A DNA stretch of 64,000 bases from an uncultured Spirochaetota bacterium (GCA_963827275.1 CAWHAA010000008.1:384001-448000), one strand, 5' to 3'; positions 18,853-29,284 are shown, numbered from the stretch's first letter. A program made the numbers and translations. Notes: generated by a model not told the origin, from the sequence alone.

Positions 18853-20130
18853 ATGCGATTGATCAACGAAGTGACCGTCATCATAAAAAAGCAGGGATTT
18901 CCCGGCTTTATCGACGAGCTGTACAAGCGGGAGTGCAGCATTCTCGAGCTCCAGCACGTCGAGGAGGCGGGGGACGGCGACCTCTACACCCTCAGGATCG
19001 CCGGCAACAGCCTGAAGCGGTTCGATGAATTCATAACCATCATAAGCGGCGCGGGCGACCGGTTCAAGGTCATCTCCGTAAAAAACGTGATCGAGGAACA
19101 GGCGGTGGGGGGCCTCATCTCGGTCTGCGGCAGGGCCCCCCTCGACAACAGCACCGACTTCGACACCTCGGTGCTGGGTGCGTCCGACTTTATCCGCGAG
19201 AGGGTCGCGAAAGAGGACGGCGTACGCTACACCAGCATCTCCCGGAACGTCGCGCTGGTCGCCGGCGTCAAGGCGGGCGGCGAGGCGGAGCGGGGCCGCC
19301 TGCTGGGCCGCTTCGCGGACGCCGAGAAGGACGCGGTCATCCTCAACCGGTTTTCCGGGCTCAACGGATATCCGCTGGTGGTCCGCTTCGAACACCCGGA
19401 AGACGTCAACACCGTGCTGAAGAAGATCGACGCGAATTTTTCGGCCCTGCGGCTCACGCGTATCGAGGAAGCGACGGTCATGATCCACGACCTCATCGTG
19501 TCCGGCGCGGGCGTCCCGGTCATTTCCTTCGAGTTCGACGAGGTGCCGCTTTTTCTCCTTACCCTGATTGTCAAGACAATGCTCAAGTACCGCCTGAAGG
19601 CGGAGGAGACCACGGTCGGCTTCATCGGGATCGACCTGAGCGCGGTGCGGCTCACCCAGGTCCTGGACAAAATCGGCTTCAGGAGGGTCCTCGGCTCCGA
19701 CAACAGCGAAAAGGCGATGCTGGACATGGAGAACCAGGGAGGGCTGGCCACCACGGCGGAGAACATCTTCGGCAACGCCGACATCACGATCATCATGAAG
19801 ACAGGCTTCGACCGGGAGGAGTTCGGTAAGATCAGGCCCGGCCAGTTCGTGATTTCGTTCATGGATGACGAGGACCCGGACATGGACCTCGTATCGGGCA
19901 AGGGCGTGCGCGAGCTCATCAGGCGGAACCCGGTGCACGTCGCCGCGATTTCCCCCGGCCTCGTGCGCGGCGTAATCGATGCGCGGATCAAGAACATCAC
20001 CGACGCGAAGCTCGTGGAGTACGCGAAAAAGCTGGTCGGCTTTTTATCCGACGCCTACGAATTCCCTCCTCTCTTCAGCGATATACATGACCGGGTTTAC
20101 AAGGTCATACTGTCCGGGGCCGGCAAGTAG
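18853..20130 (+). CDS. ACT-like domain plus malic-enzyme-fold protein lacking catalytic motifs
   Basis: Colinear with the NAD(P)-malic enzyme layout (RYT..RNVALV, AVILNRFSGL, PGLVRGVIDAR), but the K, ED, DD and GAGAAG motifs are replaced. Confidence 0.7.
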   Translation: MRLINEVTVIIKKQGFPGFIDELYKRECSILELQHVEEAGDGDLYTLRIAGNSLKRFDEFITIISGAGDRFKVISVKNVIEEQAVGGLISVCGRAPLDNSTDFDTSVLGASDFIRERVAKEDGVRYTSISRNVALVAGVKAGGEAERGRLLGRFADAEKDAVILNRFSGLNGYPLVVRFEHPEDVNTVLKKIDANFSALRLTRIEEATVMIHDLIVSGAGVPVISFEFDEVPLFLLTLIVKTMLKYRLKAEETTVGFIGIDLSAVRLTQVLDKIGFRRVLGSDNSEKAMLDMENQGGLATTAENIFGNADITIIMKTGFDREEFGKIRPGQFVISFMDDEDPDMDLVSGKGVRELIRRNPVHVAAISPGLVRGVIDARIKNITDAKLVEYAKKLVGFLSDAYEFPPLFSDIHDRVYKVILSGAGK

Positions 20131-20200
20131 CCGCCCCGACCAGGGGCCCGGGTAACGACGGCATACATGAACATCGCAGGTGCGATCAGTATAACGACAC

Positions 20201-20938
20201 ATGAAAAAGATGCTATCACATATCATCCTGCCCGTATTGCTTGCGCTGTCATGGCTCCCTGCCGCGGCAGCTGAAGGCGCAGGTTCCGCGCCGCTGGGGC
20301 AAGCGGCGGGCGGCCTGTCTGGCGAGCCTGCAGCGGGCGCGCTTCGAAAGGATGCAGCCGGTAAAAAACTTGATGCCTCTTTGCCGCGCAGGATGAAATG
20401 CCGGTTCATTGACCCGAAAAGCAGGGAATACGTGGTCCTGCTGGCCGGGTACGGCGGCCTGTTCCCGATAACGGACTATGGCCTTCTGTACCGGCCGGCG
20501 AACCTTGTCTCGGTCACGGCCGGAATTTATTATATCAATTTCATGGGATTTTCGCCAGAGCTCCATTTCCGTCATGCGCCGATGAAAAGCAACAAGGATC
20601 CGCTCAGGTATTCATCCCGCATTACCCTCAACCAGGTGTTTCCCGCGATCGTATACCGCCACGCCATCCCCCTCAGGCGCAACGTGCTCACGATATACGG
20701 CCGGATCTGGGACGGTATCACCATCCTGGACTTTGATTCCCGGGACCCGTATATTCCGGTATTCAAAAGGAAGATACGTGAAACGATCAATACCTTCGGG
20801 TTCTCGGTCGGGTGTTACTATGACGCGTGGAAGGGGCTGCTGGTGGGAATTGACATGGGCTATGGCATCGTCTTTACTGCCGGGACGCTTCTGCAATCGA
20901 TTACTTTTACAGTAACTGCCGGCGTACGGATATTTTAA
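20201..20938 (+). CDS. Putative outer-membrane beta-barrel protein
   Basis: Signal peptide; amphipathic strands; C-terminal GVRIF. Confidence 0.6.
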   Translation: MKKMLSHIILPVLLALSWLPAAAAEGAGSAPLGQAAGGLSGEPAAGALRKDAAGKKLDASLPRRMKCRFIDPKSREYVVLLAGYGGLFPITDYGLLYRPANLVSVTAGIYYINFMGFSPELHFRHAPMKSNKDPLRYSSRITLNQVFPAIVYRHAIPLRRNVLTIYGRIWDGITILDFDSRDPYIPVFKRKIRETINTFGFSVGCYYDAWKGLLVGIDMGYGIVFTAGTLLQSITFTVTAGVRIF

Positions 20939-21016
20939 CATAGTAAAAAATAGACAATAAAGGCGTGAAATAATGATAAGTTAAATATAATAACCCATGT
21001 GGGTGGGTTTATATAT

Positions 21017-21045
21017 TTGACTTTTATGAGAATAATATTTACATT
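21017..21045 (+). promoter_or_regulatory. sigma70 promoter in AT-rich region upstream of the OM barrel-lig pair
   Basis: TTGACT(21017-22)-N17-TACATT(21040-45). Confidence 0.6.
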
Positions 21046-21151
21046 CATTACATATTTATAAGACATTCAGATTAAATAATGATTGATAATTACACGATTA
21101 GTATATAAATACAATTTATTCATATCAACTATATACCTGCAGGAAAAAATT

Positions 21152-21982
21152 ATGGATACGAATTGCGGCTGTGGAAACAGAGTAAACCACAGGTTCTCTC
21201 CCCTCCCTAAATACTGTATAACAGCATTAATTATCATCTTTTACTGTGTGAGCTCACACGCGGCAACGGTTGTCCTGAAATCCGGCGCCACCATCAAGGG
21301 CAAGCTCATAGACAGGAATGACGAACAGATTACATTGCAGGACGCTGACACGAAGCAGATGAGGGTCATCAAGTCCATCTTCATCCTCAACATCACCCTT
21401 GACCTCGACGAGCAGAAAATTGATCAAAAAAAACAGAAGCAGGCGCGTCAGGCCGCTGTTGAAAGCAAAGATATCCTCAGCGTGATACAGCCTGAAATCG
21501 GCCTGCTTCCCGGCATCGCCCTGCCGGTCGGCAGGATCGCGGACAGGATCAAGATCGGGGGCGGGTTCAACGTCTTCAGCGACGTCGGCATGCCGGGGAT
21601 GCCCGATATCTTCAAGCTCCGTCTCGGCCTGTCGTTCGGGTTCTACTACCACACCACGTCGGGCACGGACTACGCCTCCGCCATCATGCACCTGCCGCTG
21701 AACGCGTACGCGAAATTCCAGTTCATCGCGCCGTACGGGCTGAAGCCGTATATCAAGCTGGGCGGCGGCATCACGCCCGTGATGTCCGGCAGCGCAACCG
21801 ATGTCGCGCCGGGCTTCATCGCCGCGGTCGGTCTCGGCTACACCCACGACAAGCTCCCGTACCTGGAGTTCTTTTTCGAGGCCGGGTTCATGATGGTCTT
21901 CGAGAGTATTCGCGGCGATTATCTGACAATCAACCTGGGAGCGGCGTACCGGTTCGGCGTACCGGGGCCGTCCGTGAAGTAA
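21152..21982 (+). CDS. OM beta-barrel protein with Leptospira LA_0442/LA_0875-like N-terminal domain
   Basis: ATVVLKSGATIKGKLI N-domain; KPYIKLGGG and INLGAAYRF barrel strands. Confidence 0.65.
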   Translation: MDTNCGCGNRVNHRFSPLPKYCITALIIIFYCVSSHAATVVLKSGATIKGKLIDRNDEQITLQDADTKQMRVIKSIFILNITLDLDEQKIDQKKQKQARQAAVESKDILSVIQPEIGLLPGIALPVGRIADRIKIGGGFNVFSDVGMPGMPDIFKLRLGLSFGFYYHTTSGTDYASAIMHLPLNAYAKFQFIAPYGLKPYIKLGGGITPVMSGSATDVAPGFIAAVGLGYTHDKLPYLEFFFEAGFMMVFESIRGDYLTINLGAAYRFGVPGPSVK

Positions 21983-22052
21983 CGAGGAAACATGCAGCAA
22001 ACAGTTTGAGCCGGGTGCAGCAACAGTCCCGCCCGGCGCCAAGGAGCGATAT

Positions 22053-25000
22053 ATGAAACACACCACTTCTGCCATCTCAATGAAACATATCACGAAACAG
22101 CTGGCGCTGTTTCGGAAAACCATACTCGCCGGCTTCATGGCCGCGGCAATGGCCGTGTCCATGGCGGGCTGTAACGGGAAGATATACGCCGCGCTGTTCG
22201 AGGACAACATGATGCAATATCTTGTTCTCATGGTGGCCCATGGGCAGCAGATTGCGTCAATAGCGATAACACCCGGCGCGACAAGCACGCCGAGCGGCGT
22301 GCCCGTGGATTACAATATCACCGCGACCCTGAACAACGGGAACACGCGGGCACTCACCCAGGACGAATACCAGAGCGTTGTGTGGACCTGGGATGTGTCA
22401 GGGACGACCACACCCCTGGATATTGACAGCGTTGACATCGACAACATCGGCATCAACAGCCTTCCACGCGCCACGGCGATCAAGGCGGATTACCTCGGCG
22501 CCGACCAGCAGGTGGCCCTCACCGCGACGATAGGCGGCGTCTCATCGGCGACCACCCTCACGATAAATGACGCGGACCTTGTCTCGATCAGCGTCACTCC
22601 GGGCGCGGCGAGCATCACCCGCCTTGCGACACAGCAGTTCACGGCGAACGGGACCTACACGGACGGCAGCACACACGATATTACCGATATCGTGGACTGG
22701 GTTTCTGATGACAATACCGTCGCCACGGTGGACGCTTTCGGAAAGGCCACAGGCCAGTACAGCGGGGTTGGGACGGATACGGCGACCATAACCGCGACCG
22801 ATACCCCTTCCTCGATATACGGCGCCGCGACCCTTGATGTTACCGCGCCTACCTTGAGCAGCGTGTCTGTTTCACCGATTACGACGACAATCGCCGCCGG
22901 GACCTATGTGCAGTTCAGGGCAACGGCGATATACACGAACAACACCACCCAGGATGTGACTGATGCGGCGACCTGGACGATCGTCAATGACGGTTCCGCC
23001 AATGCGACCCTGCCGGGCACTCCCAAAGGGCAGGCGTACGGCAGCAGCGCCGGCACGGATACGGTGCGGGCTACCTTTGACGGGGTCAACGGCGATGCGA
23101 CGATAACCGTGACCGCCGCGACGATGCAGTATCTGGTCATCAGCGCAGCCGGCAACAAGACCTCAATAGCCGCGGGCACAAAGCTGCAGTTCACCGCGAC
23201 CGGCGTGTTCAGTGACAACAGCACGCAGGACCTGACGAATGACCCGCTCATCTCCTGGGGCACAACTGATGACACCAAGGCCGATTATATCCCGGGCGAT
23301 GCCTCGGGATTGATCACCGGCATCGCGGCCGGTGCCACGGTCGTGAGCGCATCGATTGGCGCGATTGATTCGCAGGACTACGATCTTGCCGTTACGGCGG
23401 CCAACCTGCTGTCAATCCTGATCTCGCCGAGGGACCCGCTCGCTTACGTCATAGCCTACGGGACCACCCAGCAATTTACCGTCACGGGATCGTTCAGCGA
23501 CTCGACGACGCAGGACCTGACCACGCAGGTGGACTGGCTGTCGAGCGACGGGACCGTCGCCAGCATAAATGCCAACGGTCTCGCGACCACCACGACCACT
23601 ATCGGGACCACGGTAATCACCGCCAACTACCCCAAGGGAGGGGCGGTGGAACAGACTGATTTTACCAACCTCCAGGTAATATCCATGCCGCTGACGGCGA
23701 TTACCATTTCACCGTCGAGCAAGAGCACCTACGTGGGCGATACCTTCCAGTACACGGCCATGGGAACCTTTTCCGACGGATCGAATACCTATAATATTGA
23801 CATCACCAACCTGGTGCTCTGGGAGTCGGACGATACAAACCTCGACATCAGCAATTCCACCGGCAGCTACGGGCTTGCCACGGCGCTCTCCCAGGGAGAC
23901 GGGGGGGCGACCGTTACTGCGAGTCGGGGCCTTGTGACCAGTAATGCTTCAGCCGTGACCATTGCCGCGACGGATACCACCGCGCCGACCATGGTGAGCG
24001 CGCAGCTCCTTACCGGCAACCGGGTGAAGGTCACCTTCTCCGAGCCGATGGATTTTACGACGGCGACGAATGCGGCAAACTATATCGTGGCCACGACATC
24101 CACGGTGACGGGCGTATGTGCGGACAATTCGAACTTCGGCACCACGCCGAGCATCACCGTAGATTCGGTGGCGTTCTTCACCCAGTCGGTGTATATTCTG
24201 CAGCTGGGCGGCGGCACCAGCAATACCCAGTACACAGTCATAGGGGACAAGGCTGATCTGAGGGACGTGGCCGGGACCCCCAACACGCTGGGGTGCCTCA
24301 ACACCGCCACCTTCACCGGCATCGACACGGTGAAGCCGTATCTGGTGAGCGTGGTCAACAGCGAGCCGACGAAGGTCATCGTCAAGTATTCGGAGCCGAT
24401 GACAACGGGCGGCGGAACAACAGCGGCGGACAATATGAGCAACTATACGCTCGCCGAAGACCCGTCGGATGGAAATGACACAAACAACGTATTGATAACA
24501 TCGATCACCATGATTGATGAATCAACCTTTATGCTCAATCTTGACAAGTCCGCGCAGAGTATCCAGTACAAAATCACGGTTGCGGTCGGGGTCACCGACC
24601 TGGCGCCCATACCGAATACCATGGGCTCTCCGCGGGTCCTTACCTTCCGGGGGAACGAGCAGCTCAAGGTCGTTTCCGCGATGGCGACTGACCTGAACCA
24701 CGTGCAGGTGACATTCAGCAAGCCGGTACTCTCGGGCAACGATGTGGAAGACAGCGCAGAATGCAATGATGCGACTGAATGCCACGGCAAATACAAGCTC
24801 TACCCGCGCACCGGCTCAGGGACGGACGCGCTGCTGGGGAATATTACCTCCGCTGTGCGCGGCAGCGGCAACGAGACCAATACGGTCATTCTGACCCATG
24901 CGAACGCACAGGAAGGGTTCTCCTACACGGTGGTGGCGGCGAACGGGATCATCGGCGACGGGTTTGATAACACGACCGTGAGCATCAAGGCTGAAGCCGG

Positions 25001-26450
25001 TACGACTGACTACCTGCAGGCGTCTCCCAAGGACCGCGCCACCTTCGCCGGTCTCGGGGACGTGATCGATGAAATTACTGACGGTGAATACTTCACCGAT
25101 CCGTTCGCCGATGGCTCTACCTTCACGTGGTCTTTTGTGTACGCCGGGAGGGTGTACCTCGGCACGAATGATTATAACACTGCCGCGTTCAGGTTCGACG
25201 CGGACGGCGGCAACTCGGTGCTGACGACCTTCGACTTCAGCGCGGGGACCTGCTCTATCGCGGACGGATTCGGCTACGGCACCATCGGCGTATCGCCGTT
25301 CTGCGGCATGAACAGTGGACCGAACGCGGAAGTGGGCGTCGTGGGCTTCAATTCGGGTGTTATAACGATCAGCGGAACCGATTATGACGTTCTTATGACC
25401 GGCCCTCTGAAAGACGGTGTCTCTCACGGCTATTTCACCCAGGACGTCGATACTCAGCTCGACTGGCGGCAGTTCCCCTTCGCTGGTACGGGCGGCGGTA
25501 ACACGGACAGCATCCAGACTGCATACGCGTATGGCGCAAACATGTACTTTGCCGCTTCTTCCGACCAGAGCCCTCAGGCGCCGGTCGTGTGCAGGGTCCC
25601 CTTCCTTTCGGCGACCGACGGAGTCCTGAACATGGATACACCGGTTGACATGTCCCTGCGAAGCCTTGACTACCTCGGCAAGAACGCCGGCGACTATGAC
25701 AACTATAAGGGGACAGCGGAAGTCGTGGGAATCGACGCATTCATCAGTTTTAACAGCTATCTGTATGCCGCGAACAATGGCGGCGTGGTGTATTCATCGG
25801 ATTACCTGTCGATGTCGGGTGAGGTTCGATCACATCCGGATGCCTTCAGGCCTGATGACGATGATGTACCAGAGCCGACATCGAGCGAGGAGACCCTGGT
25901 CCTGCCGGCAGCGCCCGCCGGACTGGGGAAGCTATCGCCGGGTGAGCACGGTGTGCCCAGACTGATTGAATACAACGGCAAGCTCTACATGGCGCGGAAC
26001 GTGGCGTACACATCCGCCCGCAATACGGTTATCCGGGGCGAACTGTGGAAATGCTCGCCGGCAACGAGCGGCGGCGCCACCACGTGCGAGCCGGACGACT
26101 GGGAACGGATCATAACGGGAGTGGAGACAGATCTGCCGGATTCTAATGTCGGGGATGTCAATGTAACCGGGAACGCCATCAGTCTGCTCCAGAACAACGG
26201 CTCGACCAGGCTCTACGTCGGATTTGACCATCCGAGCGGCGTTACCGTATGGCGGGTCGCGTCAACGGATCCCGGTCCAACGACCGGCACCATGGCATCG
26301 GTATGGACACAGGCGGGGAATCTCGGCCTCGACAACAGCCACGTAAAGCTGTACTCGTCCGCAACAATCAACGACGGGACGTATGACTATATCTACCTGA
26401 CCGCCGGAGATGATGCGAACGCCATCAGGGTATACCGTCAGAGGGAATAG
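22053..26450 (+). CDS. LigB/LigC-like Ig-repeat surface lipoprotein
   Basis: Lipobox SMAGC; six Big_2 repeats (SIxxTP...QFTAxGxxxD...W); DTxxP..VxxSEPM repeats; EQLK..FSKP, AAN...GDGFDN, LQASPKDR, DPFADGS C-terminal motifs recalled from LigB. Confidence 0.85.
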   Translation: MKHTTSAISMKHITKQLALFRKTILAGFMAAAMAVSMAGCNGKIYAALFEDNMMQYLVLMVAHGQQIASIAITPGATSTPSGVPVDYNITATLNNGNTRALTQDEYQSVVWTWDVSGTTTPLDIDSVDIDNIGINSLPRATAIKADYLGADQQVALTATIGGVSSATTLTINDADLVSISVTPGAASITRLATQQFTANGTYTDGSTHDITDIVDWVSDDNTVATVDAFGKATGQYSGVGTDTATITATDTPSSIYGAATLDVTAPTLSSVSVSPITTTIAAGTYVQFRATAIYTNNTTQDVTDAATWTIVNDGSANATLPGTPKGQAYGSSAGTDTVRATFDGVNGDATITVTAATMQYLVISAAGNKTSIAAGTKLQFTATGVFSDNSTQDLTNDPLISWGTTDDTKADYIPGDASGLITGIAAGATVVSASIGAIDSQDYDLAVTAANLLSILISPRDPLAYVIAYGTTQQFTVTGSFSDSTTQDLTTQVDWLSSDGTVASINANGLATTTTTIGTTVITANYPKGGAVEQTDFTNLQVISMPLTAITISPSSKSTYVGDTFQYTAMGTFSDGSNTYNIDITNLVLWESDDTNLDISNSTGSYGLATALSQGDGGATVTASRGLVTSNASAVTIAATDTTAPTMVSAQLLTGNRVKVTFSEPMDFTTATNAANYIVATTSTVTGVCADNSNFGTTPSITVDSVAFFTQSVYILQLGGGTSNTQYTVIGDKADLRDVAGTPNTLGCLNTATFTGIDTVKPYLVSVVNSEPTKVIVKYSEPMTTGGGTTAADNMSNYTLAEDPSDGNDTNNVLITSITMIDESTFMLNLDKSAQSIQYKITVAVGVTDLAPIPNTMGSPRVLTFRGNEQLKVVSAMATDLNHVQVTFSKPVLSGNDVEDSAECNDATECHGKYKLYPRTGSGTDALLGNITSAVRGSGNETNTVILTHANAQEGFSYTVVAANGIIGDGFDNTTVSIKAEAGTTDYLQASPKDRATFAGLGDVIDEITDGEYFTDPFADGSTFTWSFVYAGRVYLGTNDYNTAAFRFDADGGNSVLTTFDFSAGTCSIADGFGYGTIGVSPFCGMNSGPNAEVGVVGFNSGVITISGTDYDVLMTGPLKDGVSHGYFTQDVDTQLDWRQFPFAGTGGGNTDSIQTAYAYGANMYFAASSDQSPQAPVVCRVPFLSATDGVLNMDTPVDMSLRSLDYLGKNAGDYDNYKGTAEVVGIDAFISFNSYLYAANNGGVVYSSDYLSMSGEVRSHPDAFRPDDDDVPEPTSSEETLVLPAAPAGLGKLSPGEHGVPRLIEYNGKLYMARNVAYTSARNTVIRGELWKCSPATSGGATTCEPDDWERIITGVETDLPDSNVGDVNVTGNAISLLQNNGSTRLYVGFDHPSGVTVWRVASTDPGPTTGTMASVWTQAGNLGLDNSHVKLYSSATINDGTYDYIYLTAGDDANAIRVYRQRE

Positions 26451-26472
26451 CTGATAATTGAAGAAAAGAAAT

Positions 26473-26509
26473 AAAAAGCCCCGTCGCTGAAAGCGGCGGG
26501 GCTTTTTTT
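26473..26509. terminator. Bidirectional intrinsic terminator
   Basis: AAAAA-GCCCCGTCGCT-GAA-AGCGGCGGGGC-TTTTTTT between convergent genes. Confidence 0.9.
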
Positions 26510-26522
26510 GTAGCGTGTGTTC

Positions 26523-27368
26523 CTATTTCGCGCCGGATTTCCTCCCGCCCTCAATAAACCTCACCGTCCTGTCAAACCCGCTTATAAAGGGCAGTGAGTT
26601 ATATGTCGCGTATTTCTTTTTAAGAAGGGCAAGCTTTTCCCTGCTGCCGACGGCGTCCTTCATTGAAACGAAATATTCCTTCATGACGGCGAGCGCGTTT
26701 TTATCCGACATCGGGCCGTGTCCCGGCACGAGCGTCTTTATGTCATAGAGCGTCCCCAGCCGGTCGAGCGCCGCGAGCCACAGGTCCACCGAGGTGCCGA
26801 ATTTTTCGGAAAGGGCCGGGTGCGTGCCGAGGAACACCAGGTCCCCGGTCACGAGGAGCCCGCGCGTTTCCAGGTACACGACAGTGTCGTTCATGGTGTG
26901 GGCCCTGCCCATGTTGCGGACGCGGACCGTTTCGCCCCCGATCCGGAGCGTTGTTTCTTCCCCCGGCTTCAGCATGACGTCAGGGGCGCGGCTGCCGCTC
27001 GAATCGCTCTCCCACTGTTCCCTGTCGTATGCCCCCGCGATGATTGTCGCGTTCGGGTACAGGTCATTGCCGGCGGAGTGGTCGGAGTGGGAATGGGTGT
27101 CCACGATGGTGATGCCCGCGGCCTTCACGCTCTCCTTTAAATTTTTCGCCGCGCTCCCCATCTTCGTGTCCACGACAAGGGCCGTTGTCCCATCTTCCGA
27201 CGTGAGCACGATCGAGTTTCCCCCTCCGCCGAGATGCACGGTCAGGTACGGATCCACTATGACGGTCTCGACCGCCATGAAGTGGCGGTACCCGTTCCAT
27301 ATATAGATCCCGGCGGCGGCGACAAAGACCAGAACGAATGAACCGCTGATAAGAAGTGCTTTTTTCAT
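26523..27368 (-). CDS. MBL-fold metallo-hydrolase with N-terminal anchor
   Basis: THSHSDH, AHT, TGDL, VPGHG; GAGGAG RBS. Confidence 0.88.
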   Translation of the reverse strand: MKKALLISGSFVLVFVAAAGIYIWNGYRHFMAVETVIVDPYLTVHLGGGGNSIVLTSEDGTTALVVDTKMGSAAKNLKESVKAAGITIVDTHSHSDHSAGNDLYPNATIIAGAYDREQWESDSSGSRAPDVMLKPGEETTLRIGGETVRVRNMGRAHTMNDTVVYLETRGLLVTGDLVFLGTHPALSEKFGTSVDLWLAALDRLGTLYDIKTLVPGHGPMSDKNALAVMKEYFVSMKDAVGSREKLALLKKKYATYNSLPFISGFDRTVRFIEGGRKSGAK

Positions 27369-27613
27369 AGTTCCTCCTCGGATATGAGCTGCGTGGCAGG
27401 ACAGGGGCCCCTGTGACCGATATTCTGCTTCTCCGGGCAGCTGTCTGTCAACAATGTTTCCCCGGGACAGGTCCGGAACGGTGAAAACCATGAGATAGCC
27501 GCGTCATGAAGCAATTCGTGAAAAAATATATTATTTTTAGCACTTCACGGATCGCGCGACACTTCATGAATATACGGGTTTTACATTTTGAATTTTATTT
27601 TTTTGGAGGAATT

Positions 27614-29284
27614 ATGAGAAAGCTATATGTATGTATTGTTGCCGGTATGCTCATGCTGCAGGCCGGCTGCTATAATGTGTTTACGAAGGACGGGGAGAAA
27701 AATGCCGCGCAGGAAACGGCAACCGTGCTCCTGGCAGCCGGCGGGTTGACGGCCGTCGCGCCGCAGGTGTCGGTTGCCGGCGCGAGGGACAACTGGGTGA
27801 TCAAAAGCGGTTTTCTTACCGGCACCGCCACGGGCGGCCCGGCGGTTGCCGCGGTCCAGGTTTCGCTTAACGGGGGGCCGTACGAGGCAGCGGAGGGCAC
27901 GGCGGAATGGCGCTACCGTCTGCCGGTCGGGGCACCGGTAGGCGCCATAGGTGTCCGCGCGGTAAATGCGGATTCTGAAACTGTCGCCGAAGCGGCCCAT
28001 GCCGCGCGCAGGGGCGTCAACTGCGATGTCAACGGCGACGGGTACCAGGACATGGCCGTGGGCGCGCCCGGCTATAACGGCAAGCAGGGCCGCGTGTATG
28101 TGTATCACGGGGGACCGTCCGGGATCGGGACCTCTCCTTCGAAGGTCCTTACGGGAGCAAACGTTTCAGATTATTTCGGGGTATCGCTGGCGCTGGGCGA
28201 CGTCAACGGCGACGGCTATGCCGATTGCGTTGTCGGGGCAAGCGGCTGTAATTCAAAAACCGGCCGCTTTTATATATATTTCGGGAGCGCTGATGGGATC
28301 GATTCTATAAATTCGCCGGCGTCGCAGTACCGGGACGGTGACGCTGCGGCTGAAAGCTTCGGCGGACCGATGGCCCTCGGCGACGTTAACGGCGACGGCT
28401 ACGAGGACGTGGCGCTGGGCGCTCCGCAGTACAGTACAAACTACGGCCGCGCCTACGTATATCACGGAAGCTCTTCGGGTATTGCGGCCTCTGCGGCGCG
28501 CGTCCTGACCGGAAGTTCCGGCAGCTCATTTGGCGGCAAGCTGGTCATCGGCGACACCAATGGCGACGGCTATGCGGACCTCGCGGTTGCCGCTCCGACC
28601 ACGGCGCGGGGCACGGTGTATGTGTATCATGGCGGCGCTTCCGGGATCGGCGCGGCCGCTTCGGTTTCCCTTGCCGGTGAAAATTCCGGTGACGCCTTCG
28701 GGTTTACCCTGACTATCGGCGACAGCAACGGCGACGGGTGTGCCGAGCTTGTTGCGGCCGCCCCATATTTCAGCAGCGCCTCCGGCCGCGTGTATATCTA
28801 CAGCGGGGGTCCTACCGGCATTGACAGCATTTCAGCGCCGGTGCACATCGATGCAGAGGGGGCGAGTAACTTTCTCGGGACCGCCATGACGATGGACGAT
28901 GTCAACGGTGACGGGTATTGCGACCTGGCGGTAGATGCCGCGGGGTATGATTCGATGGCGGGCCGGGTGTACGTGCACCACGGATCGGACACGGGATTGA
29001 CTGTGACCCCGTCACGGGTCCTGACCGGTGCGGCGGCCAATGCATGGTTCGGATACTCCGTTGCTCTGGGTGACATCAATGGCGACGGCTATGCCGATCT
29101 TGCGTCCGGCACGCCCACTCCTGACACGAATACGGGCTTTGTTGAAATATTTCACGGGAGTTCCGCTGGTATCGGTTCTTCCTCATCGCGGACCCTGACC
29201 GGAGCAGGGGAAAATTATTTCTTCGGATATTCGGTCTCTATGGGCAATATTGAAAGTGATGACTGGTGGGCTATTGCGTATTGA
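27614..29284 (+). CDS. FG-GAP (integrin-alpha-like) seven-repeat lipoprotein
   Basis: Lipobox LQAGC; seven DxNGDG repeats with GAP and GRVYVYHG; GGAGG RBS. Confidence 0.9.
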   Translation: MRKLYVCIVAGMLMLQAGCYNVFTKDGEKNAAQETATVLLAAGGLTAVAPQVSVAGARDNWVIKSGFLTGTATGGPAVAAVQVSLNGGPYEAAEGTAEWRYRLPVGAPVGAIGVRAVNADSETVAEAAHAARRGVNCDVNGDGYQDMAVGAPGYNGKQGRVYVYHGGPSGIGTSPSKVLTGANVSDYFGVSLALGDVNGDGYADCVVGASGCNSKTGRFYIYFGSADGIDSINSPASQYRDGDAAAESFGGPMALGDVNGDGYEDVALGAPQYSTNYGRAYVYHGSSSGIAASAARVLTGSSGSSFGGKLVIGDTNGDGYADLAVAAPTTARGTVYVYHGGASGIGAAASVSLAGENSGDAFGFTLTIGDSNGDGCAELVAAAPYFSSASGRVYIYSGGPTGIDSISAPVHIDAEGASNFLGTAMTMDDVNGDGYCDLAVDAAGYDSMAGRVYVHHGSDTGLTVTPSRVLTGAAANAWFGYSVALGDINGDGYADLASGTPTPDTNTGFVEIFHGSSAGIGSSSSRTLTGAGENYFFGYSVSMGNIESDDWWAIAY

